Source of the DNA: Candidatus Magasanikiibacteriota bacterium
GTDB lineage: Bacteria; Patescibacteriota; Patescibacteriia; Magasanikbacterales; UBA922
Direction of reading: 5' to 3'
DNA: 64,000 bases
Assembly (NCBI GenBank): GCA_014729395.1
Contig: WJJZ01000006.1
Span: 7,090 to 71,089 of the forward strand
A model generated the notes under the pieces. That model saw nothing but the letters and a program-made list of their open reading frames with translations, searched no databases and was not told the DNA's origin. Made by a program: the position numbers and the translations under genes. Positions 49,153-56,917 of this stretch are shown here, in pieces (the first letter of the stretch is position 1; the number at the start of each line of letters is the position of its first letter).

Positions 49153-49482
49153 ATGTTAATCTTATTTCAAATTTTGTTCATACTTTTTGCCGGTTTTGCG
49201 GTTTTTAATGTTATTTCTCGCAAGCGGAGTGGTCTACTTGGTCAGAGAGCGGTATTTTTTTGGATATTTTTTTGGATTTTGGGTGTGATTGTGGTGATCT
49301 GGCCGAATAGTAGTTCTATTTTAGCGGCATATTTGGGAATAGGTAGGGGAACCGATTTGGTAATATATATTTCTTTGGCTTTGCTTTTTTTCTTGGTATT
49401 TAAATTAAATGTTAAGTTGGACTCACTAAATCGTGATTTGACAAAAATAGTAAGAAAAGACGCATTGGATAATAATGAATAA
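49153..49482 (+). CDS. Small membrane protein with three TM helices, DUF2304-like. This family often partners small GT2 enzymes.
   Basis: 109 aa and hydrophobic. Assigned by position next to the GT2 and from recalled family features. Confidence 0.35.
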   Translation: MLILFQILFILFAGFAVFNVISRKRSGLLGQRAVFFWIFFWILGVIVVIWPNSSSILAAYLGIGRGTDLVIYISLALLFFLVFKLNVKLDSLNRDLTKIVRKDALDNNE

Positions 49483-49562
49483 CTTGGTAGTAAGTTGTAG
49501 AGTTGTAAGTAGTAAGTTAAAAAATTTATAACTCTAGAACTTTCTACTTACAACTGTTAGAT

Positions 49563-50708
49563 ATGAAAATAGGTCAAATAGTTTCCACATATCCGCCATA
49601 TTACGGAGGTATGGGTAATGTGGTTTTTCAAACCGCATCTGAATTGGCAAGACAGGGTCATGAGGTTGAAGTTTTGACACCTCAATACAAAGAACCTATA
49701 AAAAAAGAGGTGGAGTTCGCACGTCGCCTTCGCCCCAGTTTGCGTTATGGTAATGCGGCCAGACTTGGAAATATTGCAAAACATTTGGATGAATTCGATT
49801 TGGTGCATTTACACTATCCTTTTTTTGGTACAGCCAATATAGTTAGAAGATGGAAAAAGAAAACAAATAAACCTTTGGTTTTGACTTATCATATGGACAC
49901 GAGAGCCCCGGGGTGGAAAGGTTTGATTTTCAAAATGTATGCCAAATTTTGGATGCCAAAAATATTAGAAGTAGCCGATAAAATTATTGTCAGTTCATTT
50001 GACTATGCAAATGCATGTGATGCTTCAGAGATATACAAAGAAAATAAAGAAAAATGGACAGAATTACCCTTTGGAATCGATACAAATCGTTTTCAAGCTC
50101 GTAATAAACCGGAGGCTCTACTCAAAAGATATGGTTTAAATCCGGACATCCCAACAATTTTATTTGTTGGTGCTATGGATAGAGCACATTATTTCAAAGG
50201 TATACCCGATTTACTCAAGGCTTTAACTATTACCAAACAAAAAGATTTTAATTTTCAATGTATATTTATCGGAGATGGTGAACTTAAAAACAACTATGAA
50301 ATGAAAGCCAGGGGTCTGGGTCTTTCCAAAGAAGTCAGGTTTATCGGTTTTGTAACAGACGAAGAATTGCCATATCATTACAATCTCGCTGATTTATTTG
50401 TCTTACCATCCACTAGTGCAAACGAAGCATTTGGTATGGTACTACTCGAAGCAATGGCCAGCTCAGTACCGGTAATAGCGTCAGATTTGCCGGGTGTTCG
50501 TCAAGTGGCTCAAGACGGGGGTATTACGGTCCCGTATAAAAAGCCCTTGCTTTTATCTGACGAAATAATTATTTTTTTAAATTATTCGGTGCAAGAAATG
50601 AAGGAATTCAAGAGAAATGTTAGGATTATCACGGAAAAAAAATATGCCTGGCCGCAAATAGCAATAAATTTGGAAAAAATTTATAACAGCTTGTTGACTA
50701 AATATTAA
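49563..50708 (+). CDS. GT4-family glycosyltransferase
   Basis: STSANEAFGMVLLEAMASSVPVIASDLPG motif and N-terminal KIGQIVSTYPPYYGG. Confidence 0.75.
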   Translation: MKIGQIVSTYPPYYGGMGNVVFQTASELARQGHEVEVLTPQYKEPIKKEVEFARRLRPSLRYGNAARLGNIAKHLDEFDLVHLHYPFFGTANIVRRWKKKTNKPLVLTYHMDTRAPGWKGLIFKMYAKFWMPKILEVADKIIVSSFDYANACDASEIYKENKEKWTELPFGIDTNRFQARNKPEALLKRYGLNPDIPTILFVGAMDRAHYFKGIPDLLKALTITKQKDFNFQCIFIGDGELKNNYEMKARGLGLSKEVRFIGFVTDEELPYHYNLADLFVLPSTSANEAFGMVLLEAMASSVPVIASDLPGVRQVAQDGGITVPYKKPLLLSDEIIIFLNYSVQEMKEFKRNVRIITEKKYAWPQIAINLEKIYNSLLTKY

Positions 50709-50783
50709 TTTGCTATAATTGATTCAGATACGCATAATATTGTATTATTTTTATTATAATTTAACTTATTAAAATTAAAAAAT

Positions 50784-51113
50784 ATGGGTAGATTTAAAAA
50801 AGGCCTCTTTCTTGGTGGGCTAGTAGGAGCTATCATGATGTGGCTAAATACAACAACAAAGGGTAAAAAGGTAAGAAAGCAAATAGTGGAAAACTCAGCT
50901 GATGTATATGAAAAATTGAGCGACCAGATTATGAGCTCGGAGAGTTGGGATAAGATGACAAAGACAAAATATGCAAAAATGGTTCAAGAATATGTGGATA
51001 AGTATGCTGTTGATAACGGTTTGGCCGATAATGTAAAGAAAACCATAAAAAAACTAGTGGTTTCGCAATGGGGTAATTTGAAAAAAGAAGCAAAAACTAA
51101 GAAAAAAAGTTAG
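50784..51113 (+). CDS. YtxH-like small protein (N-terminal TM helix plus Lys-rich coiled region)
   Basis: The GLFLGGLVGAIMMW N-terminus is typical of the YtxH/DUF948 family. Confidence 0.35.
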   Translation: MGRFKKGLFLGGLVGAIMMWLNTTTKGKKVRKQIVENSADVYEKLSDQIMSSESWDKMTKTKYAKMVQEYVDKYAVDNGLADNVKKTIKKLVVSQWGNLKKEAKTKKKS

Positions 51114-51252
51114 TTTATAAAGTTAAAATTATTTATAATTAATAATCTCGTTAAAATCGAGATTATTTTTTATTTGAAATTGTTGACAACATTTTCTGGA
51201 AAACAAGCTTTAATTATGTTAAGATTAATATATAAGATTTTAATAAATATCT

Positions 51253-52287
51253 ATGAGTTCAATAGATTCGTATTTTGAATTTGCAATAAAAAAAGGAGCA
51301 TCTGACATACATTTGGTAGCGGACGAAAAACCAATGATACGCGTGGATGGTCAGTTACAAGAACTTTCTGAGGATCCTATGCCGGTTAAAGAAGTTGAAA
51401 CATTAGTGTCATCTTTGTTAAGCGATGACCAAAAAGAGAAGTTTGAAGAAAATTTGGAATTGGATTTCAGTCATGACTTTGACGGAGTGAGATTTCGAGT
51501 TAATTTACACCTACAGTCCGGTAAGTTGGGACTAGCCGCAAGACTAATACCGGATGAGATTCCCACACCGGATGATTTACGTTTTGAGCCGGCTCTGCGT
51601 GATTTTTCAAACCTTTTGGATGGTTTGGTTTTGGTGGTAGGTCCAACCGGATGTGGAAAGTCCACTACGATTGCTTCAATGATAGAAGAAATAAATAAAG
51701 ACAGAAAATCTCATATTATAACCATAGAAGACCCAATAGAGTTTATTTTTGAGGATAAAAAAAGTTTAATAGAGCAGAGAGAGGTGGGTAGCGATACAAA
51801 GTCTTTTGCATCCGCTCTGAAGCATGTATTAAGACAAGATCCAAATATAATAATGGTAGGTGAGATGCGTGACCCGGAGACCATTGCTACGGTTTTAACG
51901 GCAGCGGAGACCGGACATTTGGTTTTTTCAACCTTGCATACTTCAACGGCTGCCGAAGCTGTGGAAAGAATAGTGGATGTATTTGATGGTAGTAAACAAA
52001 GACAAGTACTTATTCAGTTATCGGCCGTATTAAGAGGTGTGGTAGCACAACAGTTATTACCTTCCTCTGACGGAAAAAGAGTTGCCGCCAGAGAGATATT
52101 GGTAAATACTCCGGCCGTATCCAATTTGATAAGGGAGAATAATATTGCGCAGATTCAGAGTTCTATTCAGACAGGTGCCAAAGAAGGGATGATATCTATG
52201 GAGAATTCTCTTAAAGCATTAATAAAAGAAGGTTTGGTAGATAAAGAAATTGCAGAAAAAAGAATGGGAAGACAGAGAAAAAATTAA
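51253..52287 (+). CDS. pilT: Type IV pilus retraction ATPase PilT
   Basis: Walker A LVVGPTGCGKSTT, IITIEDPIEF and Walker B/His-box region (GEMRD, TLHT). 344 aa. Confidence 0.85.
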   Translation: MSSIDSYFEFAIKKGASDIHLVADEKPMIRVDGQLQELSEDPMPVKEVETLVSSLLSDDQKEKFEENLELDFSHDFDGVRFRVNLHLQSGKLGLAARLIPDEIPTPDDLRFEPALRDFSNLLDGLVLVVGPTGCGKSTTIASMIEEINKDRKSHIITIEDPIEFIFEDKKSLIEQREVGSDTKSFASALKHVLRQDPNIIMVGEMRDPETIATVLTAAETGHLVFSTLHTSTAAEAVERIVDVFDGSKQRQVLIQLSAVLRGVVAQQLLPSSDGKRVAAREILVNTPAVSNLIRENNIAQIQSSIQTGAKEGMISMENSLKALIKEGLVDKEIAEKRMGRQRKN

Positions 52288-52294
52288 TTTAATT

Positions 52295-54070
52295 ATGAAC
52301 CCGGTTTCCTATAGACAGCAAAATAAAGATGTAAAAAAAGGTTCAATTCATATCCGTATAAGAGTCTTGTTTATTCTGATTATATTGGTTTCAGTGGCGA
52401 TATGTTCGAACCTTTTTTTAATAATGATAATGCAGCATGATTTTTATACTGCTATGGCAGCCGGTTCTCATGAAATGTATGAACAATTATTCCCAAAGCG
52501 AGGAGAGGTTTTCATTCAGGATTCCAGAAGCGGAGAGGAATATCCACTGGCAATCAATAGGGATTATTTTACAGTATACATAAATACCAAGAAATTAGTT
52601 GACGAAGAAGAAGCCGAAGATGTTACGAAAAAAATATCTGAATTCTTTGGCTATGATGACGAAGAAAAACTTTCATTATTTTTAAAAATAAACGAACGTG
52701 ACGACCCTTATGAACCTATAGAAAAAAAAGTTGAAGAAAGTAAAGTTGAAAAATTAAGAGAATTAAACTTAACCGGACTTGGTTTCGTACGCAGACCCTA
52801 TCGCTACTATCCGGAGGGTGAATTAGCCGCTCATGTGGTCGGTTTTGTGGGTAAAAATGAAGATGGGATGGATATTGGACGTTATGGAGTGGAGGGTTAT
52901 TGGCAAAATCAATTGGCGGGTAGTGGTGGTTTTTTTGAAGGTTTCAGAACCGCTGTGGGGGAGTGGATTCCTCTTGGTGGTCGATCATTTCAACCGGCAG
53001 AGGATGGTACGGATTTGCTATTGTCCGTTGACAGAACGGTTCAATATATGGCCTGTAAGAGAATGCAAGAAGCAATTGATGAGTATGAAGCTTCAGGCGG
53101 GGCTCTGGTGGTAATAGAGCCTGAAACCGGCGCTATTAGAGCAATGTGTTCTTTTCCGGACTTTGATCCAAACAAATACAATGAAGTGGAGTCAATTGAG
53201 ATTTTTAACAATACAGCCATTTTTACTCCTTATGAACCGGGATCAATTTTCAAACCTGTTACCATGGCGGCAGCAATAAACGAGGGGGTGGTTGAACCGG
53301 ATTCAGTTTTTGAGGATACCGGTCCGATAGAAGATTTATGTATGAAACCGATTAACAATGCGGAAGGGACGGTATATGGGAAACAGACTATGACACAAGT
53401 TTTGGAAAACTCTGTCAATACGGGGATGGTACATGTTGTGGAAAAATTAGGAAAATATAATTTTATAGATTATTTGGAAAATTTTGGATTTGGCATGAAA
53501 GAGGGGATTGAGCTGGACAGCGAGGTTTCGGGAACAATTGAAACATTACGTGAAATAAAAAAAGATAAACTTGATTGTTATACCGCTACGGCTTCATTTG
53601 GTCAGGGAATAACAGCCACACCTTTGCAAATGGCTTCTGCCTTTGCTACCATCGCCAATGGCGGTATACTTATGAGGCCTTTTATAGTGGAAGAAATAAG
53701 GTATGCGAATGGAAAGGTGGAAAAGACAAAGCCAAAAGAAATAAAAAGAGTTTTGGATAAAAGAACGGCATCATTGCTTAGCGGAATGTTGGTGAGTGTA
53801 ATTGACAATGGACAATCACAAAACGCTCAGGTGGATGGTTATTATGTTGCGGGAAAGACTGGTACAGCTCAAATTGCCGGTAAAGGTGGCTATACCGATG
53901 AGACCAATCATTCTTTTGTCGGGTTTGCCCCAGTGGACGATCCGGCATTTGTTATAGTTATAAAAATTGAAAAACCTAAGCGTAAATACGCATCTTATAC
54001 GACTACACCGGTTTTTAGAGATATAGCGGAATTTTTGCTTAAATATTACCAAGTTTCACCAGTTAGATAA
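52295..54070 (+). CDS. Class B penicillin-binding protein (peptidoglycan D,D-transpeptidase, FtsI/PBP2-like). The ATG at 52295 follows directly after the pilT stop; the ORF track opens at TTG 52250.
   Basis: An N-terminal TM segment, then the SIFKP (SxxK), SVN (SxN) and KTGTA (KTG) transpeptidase motifs. Confidence 0.8.
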   Translation: MNPVSYRQQNKDVKKGSIHIRIRVLFILIILVSVAICSNLFLIMIMQHDFYTAMAAGSHEMYEQLFPKRGEVFIQDSRSGEEYPLAINRDYFTVYINTKKLVDEEEAEDVTKKISEFFGYDDEEKLSLFLKINERDDPYEPIEKKVEESKVEKLRELNLTGLGFVRRPYRYYPEGELAAHVVGFVGKNEDGMDIGRYGVEGYWQNQLAGSGGFFEGFRTAVGEWIPLGGRSFQPAEDGTDLLLSVDRTVQYMACKRMQEAIDEYEASGGALVVIEPETGAIRAMCSFPDFDPNKYNEVESIEIFNNTAIFTPYEPGSIFKPVTMAAAINEGVVEPDSVFEDTGPIEDLCMKPINNAEGTVYGKQTMTQVLENSVNTGMVHVVEKLGKYNFIDYLENFGFGMKEGIELDSEVSGTIETLREIKKDKLDCYTATASFGQGITATPLQMASAFATIANGGILMRPFIVEEIRYANGKVEKTKPKEIKRVLDKRTASLLSGMLVSVIDNGQSQNAQVDGYYVAGKTGTAQIAGKGGYTDETNHSFVGFAPVDDPAFVIVIKIEKPKRKYASYTTTPVFRDIAEFLLKYYQVSPVR

Positions 54071-54076
54071 TTTTTT

Positions 54077-55339
54077 ATGAGATTAATTGTCAGATATTTT
54101 TTAAAATTATTCACCGCCAGGATACTAAAAAAATACAATCCCGATGTTGTTGGAATTACCGGTTCGGTGGGAAAAACAAGTGTAAAAGATATCACCTTAA
54201 AGATATTAAGTAAAAAATTCAGAGTTTCCGGAAGTCCGGATAGTTATAATACTTTTTTTGGAGTACTTTTAACCGTGGTGGGTGAAAAAAGTCCGGGCAG
54301 ATCATTTATAACTTGGTTTTACATTTTAGGTAAAGCGCTTTTTTTATGTATAAAAAAGAAAAAAAGTTATGCGGAAATACTGGTGCTTGAAATGGCAGCT
54401 AATCGTCCCGGTGACATAAAAGAACTTACAGAATTGATCCAGTGCAATGTTGGTGTGGTAACCGCTATTTCACCGGTTCATATTAAATTTTTTAAAACAA
54501 TAAAAAAGTTATTTAGAGAAAAACAGCTGCTTGTTAGGAGTTTGGACCGTACCGGTTTTGCAATATTAAATAGAGATGACCTGGAGCTTTATTCAATGAG
54601 AAAAAAAACCGATGCTGATGTAATTACTTACGGTTTTCATCCGGACTCTACTGTGAGAGCTAGCGACATTAATATAAAAAAGGATCCGCAAACCGGCTGG
54701 CCGGAAGGTGTTTTTTTTAAAGTTATATACCAAGGAAGTGTTGTGCCCATATATTTGCCCGGTGTAGTGGGGGAGCATGTTATTTATTCAGCCCTTGCTG
54801 CAATTAGTATTGCTATAGTTTTTGGTTTAAATTTGGTTGAAATATCTCGTGCTTTACAAGAGCTAAAAATGCCACCCGGAAGAATGAGGGTGTTGCCGGG
54901 AATAAAAAATACATTAATAATAGATGATAGTTATAATGCTTCACCCATTTCCGTAAAGGCGGCTTTGAATACATTCTCCAAGTTAGATTTAAGTAATGCT
55001 AAGAGATACATTATTTTAGGTGATATGTTGGAGTTGGGTCAGCAAACGGAGAAATATCATCGAGAGATGGGAATTAGAGTGGCTGAATTGAATTTTGATT
55101 ATTTAATAACTGTTGGCTCGGCTACCAAGAATTTGGCTAAAGCGGCGATTAACAAAGGCGTGTCGGAAGATAAGGTTGCCAGCTTTTCGGATACAAAAAA
55201 AGCCGGTTTATTTTTACAAGAAAAATTAAAACCGGGGGATGCTTGTCTAATTAAAGGGTCGCGGGCCATGAAAATGGAAAAAGTGGTAAAAGAGGTCTTG
55301 GCCAAACCATTGAAAGAGAGTGAATTGTTGGTACATTGA
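54077..55339 (+). CDS. murF: Mur ligase, most like UDP-MurNAc-tripeptide:D-Ala-D-Ala ligase (MurF)
   Basis: VVGITGSVGKTS ATP-binding motif and IIDDSYNASP. MurE cannot be excluded. Confidence 0.55.
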   Translation: MRLIVRYFLKLFTARILKKYNPDVVGITGSVGKTSVKDITLKILSKKFRVSGSPDSYNTFFGVLLTVVGEKSPGRSFITWFYILGKALFLCIKKKKSYAEILVLEMAANRPGDIKELTELIQCNVGVVTAISPVHIKFFKTIKKLFREKQLLVRSLDRTGFAILNRDDLELYSMRKKTDADVITYGFHPDSTVRASDINIKKDPQTGWPEGVFFKVIYQGSVVPIYLPGVVGEHVIYSALAAISIAIVFGLNLVEISRALQELKMPPGRMRVLPGIKNTLIIDDSYNASPISVKAALNTFSKLDLSNAKRYIILGDMLELGQQTEKYHREMGIRVAELNFDYLITVGSATKNLAKAAINKGVSEDKVASFSDTKKAGLFLQEKLKPGDACLIKGSRAMKMEKVVKEVLAKPLKESELLVH

Positions 55340-55422
55340 CCCAAGTTGACAAGAGTCTGTTTTTGTGCCATGATTCTACTGTTCTTTAAACATCAATTTA
55401 GACCAAAAAAGGAGACAGGAGG

Positions 55423-55785
55423 ATGAAACAGAGATATATTGTCGTTTGTGAAGACGGACATGAAGCTCTGGTAGCGAAGCCCGCAGTTAGTAACATTTCA
55501 GTTTCAATGTCTTGCATAAGGTGTGGCAAGGATTTGGTTCGAATAACTGCCATAGGGAGTGTAGTAATTAAAGAACGCCAGATCTCACACGACGCATTGC
55601 GGAGTACAAATGAATACATTGCTGCATGCATAAACGGACATAAATTTGAGGTGACATCAGACTTTGGACCCGAGACGGTAATAAATAATATTTGTTGTCC
55701 GGATTGTAAAGCAGATATACTAACCTTGCATAAACAGGGTAGAGGTACGTTCTGTTTTGACTCTCGTCATTTTCGTATTAACTAA
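55423..55785 (+). CDS. Small hypothetical protein made of two tandem Zn-ribbon-like halves (YI..C.DGH...C.RCGKDL / YI..C.NGH...CPDCKADI)
   Basis: Strong SD (AAGGAGACAGGAGG) 5 nt before the ATG. Internal duplication read from the translation. GC is higher than in neighbouring genes. Confidence 0.5.
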   Translation: MKQRYIVVCEDGHEALVAKPAVSNISVSMSCIRCGKDLVRITAIGSVVIKERQISHDALRSTNEYIAACINGHKFEVTSDFGPETVINNICCPDCKADILTLHKQGRGTFCFDSRHFRIN

Positions 55786-55846
55786 CTGACAATTACTTCT
55801 ATTTTACCGCGATATCTATGGATTCGTATTTTAATTTTCTTGGTAA

Positions 55847-55878
55847 GCCCGTTTTTTTAAAGAACGGGTTTTGTTTTA
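55847..55878 (+). terminator. Rho-independent terminator (CCCGTT-loop-AACGGG then TTTTGTTTT)
   Basis: Hairpin plus T-run 60 nt after the 55423..55785 CDS. Confidence 0.55.
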
Positions 55879-55911
55879 TTAAAAAACTCAGTATTAGTGT
55901 TGTTTTTCTGA

Positions 55912-55940
55912 TTGACAAAAAATTAATTCAACTGTATAAT
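55912..55940 (+). promoter_or_regulatory. Consensus sigma70 promoter TTGACA-17 nt-TATAAT driving the tRNA cluster
   Basis: Hexamers and spacer counted directly. The -10 box ends 18 nt before the tRNA-Glu 5' end. Confidence 0.7.
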
Positions 55941-55958
55941 TTTCACTGTTCACAGCCA

Positions 55959-56030
55959 GCCGCCATCGTCTAATGGCTAGGACGCCAGGTTCTCATCCTG
56001 GTAATAGGGGTTCGATCCCCCTTGGCGGTA
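55959..56030 (+). tRNA. tRNA-Glu (anticodon CTC)
   Basis: Cloverleaf folded by hand. Acceptor GCCGCCA/TGGCGGT, D-arm with G18G19, anticodon stem CCAGG/CCTGG with loop TTCTCAT, T-arm AGGGG-TTCGATC-CCCCT, discriminator A. 72 nt. CCA is not fully encoded. Confidence 0.85.
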
Positions 56031-56032
56031 CC

Positions 56033-56279
56033 GAGCTTTTCTATGTCGAGACGAAGCTGTGCTCGCTGGCCGGATTCCAAATAAAAAAGGTTTACCCGGC
56101 GCAGTCCTGTCCCGAACTCGAAGGGTGGGGGATCTGGATGGAAACGGGTCAGGGTAGCTCCCGCCTTCGTCCTTCGGACTACGGCGGGCAGGCAGTTGGA
56201 CCAACTTCTGTTCGAACTGCTATTATAAGTTTATCCTGGAAGCGAAGTTATTATTTACAATCAAAATATGTCAGGGTAG
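56033..56279 (+). ncRNA. Candidate structured RNA (unassigned family) in the ~250-nt spacer between tRNA-Glu and tRNA-Met
   Basis: GC-rich against the AT-rich genome. It has nested helices, for example ACCCG...CGGGT, CCCGCC...GGCGGG enclosing GUCC-UUCG-GGAC (UUCG tetraloop, 56169-56179), GTTGG-ACC-CCAAC and GCAGTT...AACTGC. The 14-mer ggtcagggtagctc repeats the 5' end of the tRNA-Met gene. Confidence 0.3.
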
Positions 56280-56356
56280 CTCAGTTGGTAAGAGCGTCGG
56301 ATTCATAACCCGGAGGTCGGGAGTTCAATTCTCCCCCCTGACACCAGGACACAAAA
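56280..56356 (+). tRNA. tRNA-Met (anticodon CAT). G1-C72 is paired, so it is an elongator type, or a tRNA-Ile2 (lysidine) candidate.
   Basis: Acceptor GTCAGGG/CCCTGAC is perfect. D-loop AGTTGGTAA, anticodon loop TTCATAA, T-arm GGGAG-TTCAATT-CTCCC and encoded CCA. There is one A31-C39 mismatch in the anticodon stem. Confidence 0.75.
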
Positions 56357-56362
56357 ACCCCC

Positions 56363-56390
56363 TGGCGGGGGTTTTTAATTTTTTTCTTTA
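56363..56390. terminator. Bidirectional rho-independent terminator (AAAAA-CCCCC-TGGC-GGGGG-TTTTT)
   Basis: Perfect 5-bp GC stem flanked by A5 and T5. It lies after the tRNA cluster (+) and after the hup stop (-). Confidence 0.8.
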
Positions 56391-56393
56391 TAA

Positions 56394-56753
56394 TTACATT
56401 CCCATGCCCATTCCACTTTCATTATCCTGAGTCTGACTTTCATCATTATCCTGAGAAGAATTATCTTCAGGCTTTTTTTCTTTTAAAGCATCTTTTAATC
56501 TTTTACCTGCTTTAAATTTTGGTACTGTTACCGGTGGAATTTGAATTTTTTCGCTTGGGTTTTGTGGATTAACACCAATGCGTCCGGCTCTTGTTTTTGC
56601 ACTGAATGCGCCAAAACCGGCGATATTTACTTCTCCACCAGACTTTAGTGTATTAATAACTATTTCAACATAGGCCTGTACCATATCTTCTGCTTCTTTT
56701 TTAGAAGTTCCGACTTTGTCGGCTATGGTTTGGGCAAGTTGTGCCTTGTTCAT
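56394..56753 (-). CDS. hup: HU-family nucleoid DNA-binding protein with an acidic C-terminal tail
   Basis: MNKAQL...GFG.F....RAGRNP.T.E.I.IPA...P.F..GK.LKDA is the HU signature. Confidence 0.85.
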   Translation of the reverse strand: MNKAQLAQTIADKVGTSKKEAEDMVQAYVEIVINTLKSGGEVNIAGFGAFSAKTRAGRIGVNPQNPSEKIQIPPVTVPKFKAGKRLKDALKEKKPEDNSSQDNDESQTQDNESGMGMGM

Positions 56754-56917
56754 ATGAATGGTATTATTAAATTTCTTTAAAATTTAACTTAATTAACACT
56801 AATATCATAGCATAAAGTATTATTATTGTCAATAGAGCCAAATTTAAAAAAAGATAAAAATAAAGTCGTTGCTATGCAACGACTTTAGTATATCATTTTT
56901 TGGCTTATTTTAGTCAA

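Noticed and set aside
52250-52294. TTG/non-ATG ORF-track starts: 52250 for the PBP, 45306 for the S8 protease and 16614 for a sulfotransferase
   Set aside because: Each would overlap or extend the upstream gene. In-frame ATGs at 52295 and 45342 (which gives a proper signal peptide) are more plausible, and 16629 or 16677 is possible. These are start-codon refinements only.
56033-56279. Assignment of the inter-tRNA structured RNA to RNase P RNA, SRP (4.5S) RNA or tmRNA
   Set aside because: By eye I could not find the conserved P4 (GGAAAGUCCGGGCUCC/ACAGAAACCGGCUUA), SRP domain-IV (GGAAGCAGCC with a GNRA loop) or tmRNA tRNA-like-end motifs. It is left as an unassigned candidate.
55973-56308. ORF-track entries 55973..56308 (+, 111 aa) and 55977..56204 (-, 75 aa)
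   Set aside because: They overlap tRNA-Glu, the structured spacer and the start of tRNA-Met. They are GC-rich with no RBS, so they are an artefact of the RNA genes.
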